Part shown: positions 62,085 through 64,000 of the stretch, in pieces
Position numbering within the stretch: the first letter of the stretch is position 1
How the letters are laid out: every line of letters starts with the position of its first letter
Assembly (NCBI GenBank): GCA_040756235.1
Contig: JBFLZG010000004.1
Location: 33,239-97,238, forward strand
Reading direction: 5' to 3'
DNA from: a bacterium
GTDB taxonomy: Bacteria; Desulfobacterota; DSWW01
DNA length: 64,000 nucleotides
The notes under the pieces: model-generated
The model's database searches: none
Seen by the model: only the letters and a program-made list of their open reading frames with translations
What the model was told of the DNA's origin: nothing
Position numbers and translations under genes: made by a program

Positions 62085-62891
62085 ATGGCCATTCGGGTGG
62101 TCGTGAACGGCGGTGCGGGCCGAATGGGGGGGCGGGTGCTGGCCCACCTTCTCGAAGATCCGGAGCTCCTCCTGGTCGGTGTGAGGGAGTTCTCCGGCCA
62201 TCCGGCGCAAGGCTTGGACGCGGGCAGAGTGGCCGGCAAGGAGGACCTGGGGGTTCGGGTCGTTGCTCATCTTTCGGGAGTCGGTTCCGAAATCGATGCG
62301 GTCGTGGACTTCAGCCTGCCGGCGGCCACGATCGAGCTGGCCGGTGAGGTCGCCGCGAGAAAGGCCGCCCTGGTCACCGGAACCACGGGGCTCGGCGGCG
62401 AAGAGCGCCAGGCCCTGATGGACCTGGCGCGGGAAGTCCCCTGCGTTCTGGCCCCCAACATGAGCGTGGGCGTCAATCTGCTCTTCAAGATCGCGGCCGA
62501 TGTGGCCCGCACCCTGGGTGATGGTTACGACGTCGAAATCGTCGAAGCGCACCACCGATTCAAGGTGGACGCTCCGAGCGGCACCGCCGTCAGGCTCGCA
62601 CACGAGATCGCCCGGGCCCGGGGGGTTCCGCTCGACGAGAACGCATGCTACGGGAGAGAGGGAAAGCCGGGGCCCCGCAAGCCGGACGAGATCGGCATCC
62701 TGGCGGTCAGGGCCGGGGACATCGTGGGCGAGCATACCGTGCTCTTCGGCGGACTGGGAGAGCGGCTCGAGCTGGTTCACCGGGCGCACACGCGGGACAA
62801 CTTCGCCCTGGGCGCTCTGCGGGCGCTCAAGTGGGTCGTCAAGCAACCCGCCGGCCTTTACGACATGATGGACGTGCTGGGGCTCCGCTGA
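62085..62891 (+). CDS. dapB: 4-hydroxy-tetrahydrodipicolinate reductase
   Basis: GGAGRMG, GTTG, EAHHRFKVDAPSGTA, FALGA. Confidence 0.97.
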   Translation: MAIRVVVNGGAGRMGGRVLAHLLEDPELLLVGVREFSGHPAQGLDAGRVAGKEDLGVRVVAHLSGVGSEIDAVVDFSLPAATIELAGEVAARKAALVTGTTGLGGEERQALMDLAREVPCVLAPNMSVGVNLLFKIAADVARTLGDGYDVEIVEAHHRFKVDAPSGTAVRLAHEIARARGVPLDENACYGREGKPGPRKPDEIGILAVRAGDIVGEHTVLFGGLGERLELVHRAHTRDNFALGALRALKWVVKQPAGLYDMMDVLGLR

Positions 62892-62910
62892 AGCGGAGGA
62901 GGCGAGCTTC

Positions 62911-63888
62911 ATGAATCAGAAAGCCCGCAAGCGCGCCTGCAAGATCTCCGAGATCCTTGCGCCGGAGGACTACCGGCGGCTCCGGGATATCGAGATCCAC
63001 GACCTGGGTTTCGGGTACGACCCCTTCGGCCTGGAGCGGGAATCGGCGCTGCTGGCCTTTGCCCTGCTCCGTTTCCTCCACCAGTACTGGTTCCGGGTGG
63101 AGAGCCATGGAGTGGAGAACGTACCGGAGGAAGGGCCGGCCCTGATCACGCCCAACCACAGCGGGGTGATCCCCATCGACGCGGCGATGCTGGGCGTGGA
63201 CCTGGCCATGCGGATGCGCAGGCCCAGAGTGATGCGGGCCGTGGTGGACAACTTCGCGGGATTCCTTCCGTTCATCAACACCATCTTCTACAGGTGCGGG
63301 CAGATCGTCGGAGCGCGCAGCAATTTCGAGGAGCTCCTCAAACATGGGGAGATGGTTGCGGTCTTTCCGGAGGGCCACAAGGGTACAGGCAAACCGTACC
63401 GGGACCGCTACAAGCTCAAGCCTTTCAACGTGGGTTTCGTGGAGCTGAGCCTCCTCTACAAGACTCCCATCATCCCCACGGCGGTGATCGGCGCCGAAGA
63501 GCAGTACCCGTACATGCTGAACCTGAAGCCGCTGGCCAGCATGCTGCGGTTCCCGTACTTCCCCGTGACGCCGCTCGTTGCCGCCCTGGGACCCCTGGGC
63601 ATGCTGCCCCTGCCGACCAAGTACTACATCTACTACGGAGAGCCGTTCCACTTCTATCGGGACCATCCGCCGGAGACGGTTCAGGATCCGGAGGCCGTGC
63701 GCCAGCTGGTCGAGGCGGTGCGGACCCGCGTGCAGGAGATGATCCACAGAGGGCTCAGGGAGAGGCGGGGCATCTTCGGGCTTTCCCTGTTCCCGTTCCA
63801 CAAGCTCCTGTCGGCCAAGGGCGACAGGGATCTGGTCGAGGTGGGGAAGCAGATTCAGGAGAAGGCGGGTCTGGGAGGCTGTCCATAA
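62911..63888 (+). CDS. Lysophospholipid (PlsC-family) acyltransferase
   Basis: NHSGVIPID (HxxxxD-like), VFPEG, TPIIP. Last four codons and stop come from a family A element. Confidence 0.88.
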   Translation: MNQKARKRACKISEILAPEDYRRLRDIEIHDLGFGYDPFGLERESALLAFALLRFLHQYWFRVESHGVENVPEEGPALITPNHSGVIPIDAAMLGVDLAMRMRRPRVMRAVVDNFAGFLPFINTIFYRCGQIVGARSNFEELLKHGEMVAVFPEGHKGTGKPYRDRYKLKPFNVGFVELSLLYKTPIIPTAVIGAEEQYPYMLNLKPLASMLRFPYFPVTPLVAALGPLGMLPLPTKYYIYYGEPFHFYRDHPPETVQDPEAVRQLVEAVRTRVQEMIHRGLRERRGIFGLSLFPFHKLLSAKGDRDLVEVGKQIQEKAGLGGCP

Positions 63889-64000
63889 ATGCCCATCTGC
63901 TGCGTTGCACTCATCCTTCGTCATTGCGGCGTACTGCCATGTACGCCTCATTCCTCAGGATTTCGTGCGCCTTGCATCTGGACATTTCTGAACAGCCTCC
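63874..64000 (+). mobile_element. 127-bp family A element, full copy
   Basis: GGAGGCTGT...ACAGCCTCC termini; ends exactly at the window edge. Confidence 0.85.

Overview
High-GC bacterial chromosome segment; gene order (dcw cluster followed by a radical SAM gene, then xerC-hslVU-argBDFGH-lipoprotein-lysA-dapF-dapA-dapB) looks deltaproteobacterial/Desulfobacterota-like (inference). Most of the window is housekeeping: ndk, acyl-CoA carboxylase beta subunit, tatBC, hflKC, PPi-type phosphofructokinase, NamZ-like glycosidase, dcw, arg and dap/lys genes. No rRNA, tRNA, CRISPR array, prophage or transposase gene was recognised. Three things stand out. (1) A seven-gene minus-strand cluster (653-8073: flippase-like membrane protein, HAD phosphatase, nucleotidyltransferase, ATP-grasp ligase, class III aminotransferase, Gfo/Idh/MocA dehydrogenase, CDP-alcohol phosphotransferase) next to an MlaC/HpnM-like gene, which reads as a pathway for an uncharacterised amino-cyclitol/amino-polyol phosphodiester lipid headgroup or solute. 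(2) A dcw cluster lacking mraY, murG, murB and ddl at their canonical positions. (3) At least four families of intergenic palindromic repeats, including a 127-bp hairpin element with compensatory base changes that sits at stop codons and sometimes carries a second nested hairpin. All calls come from motif recognition by eye; no database searches were run and several start codons are best guesses.
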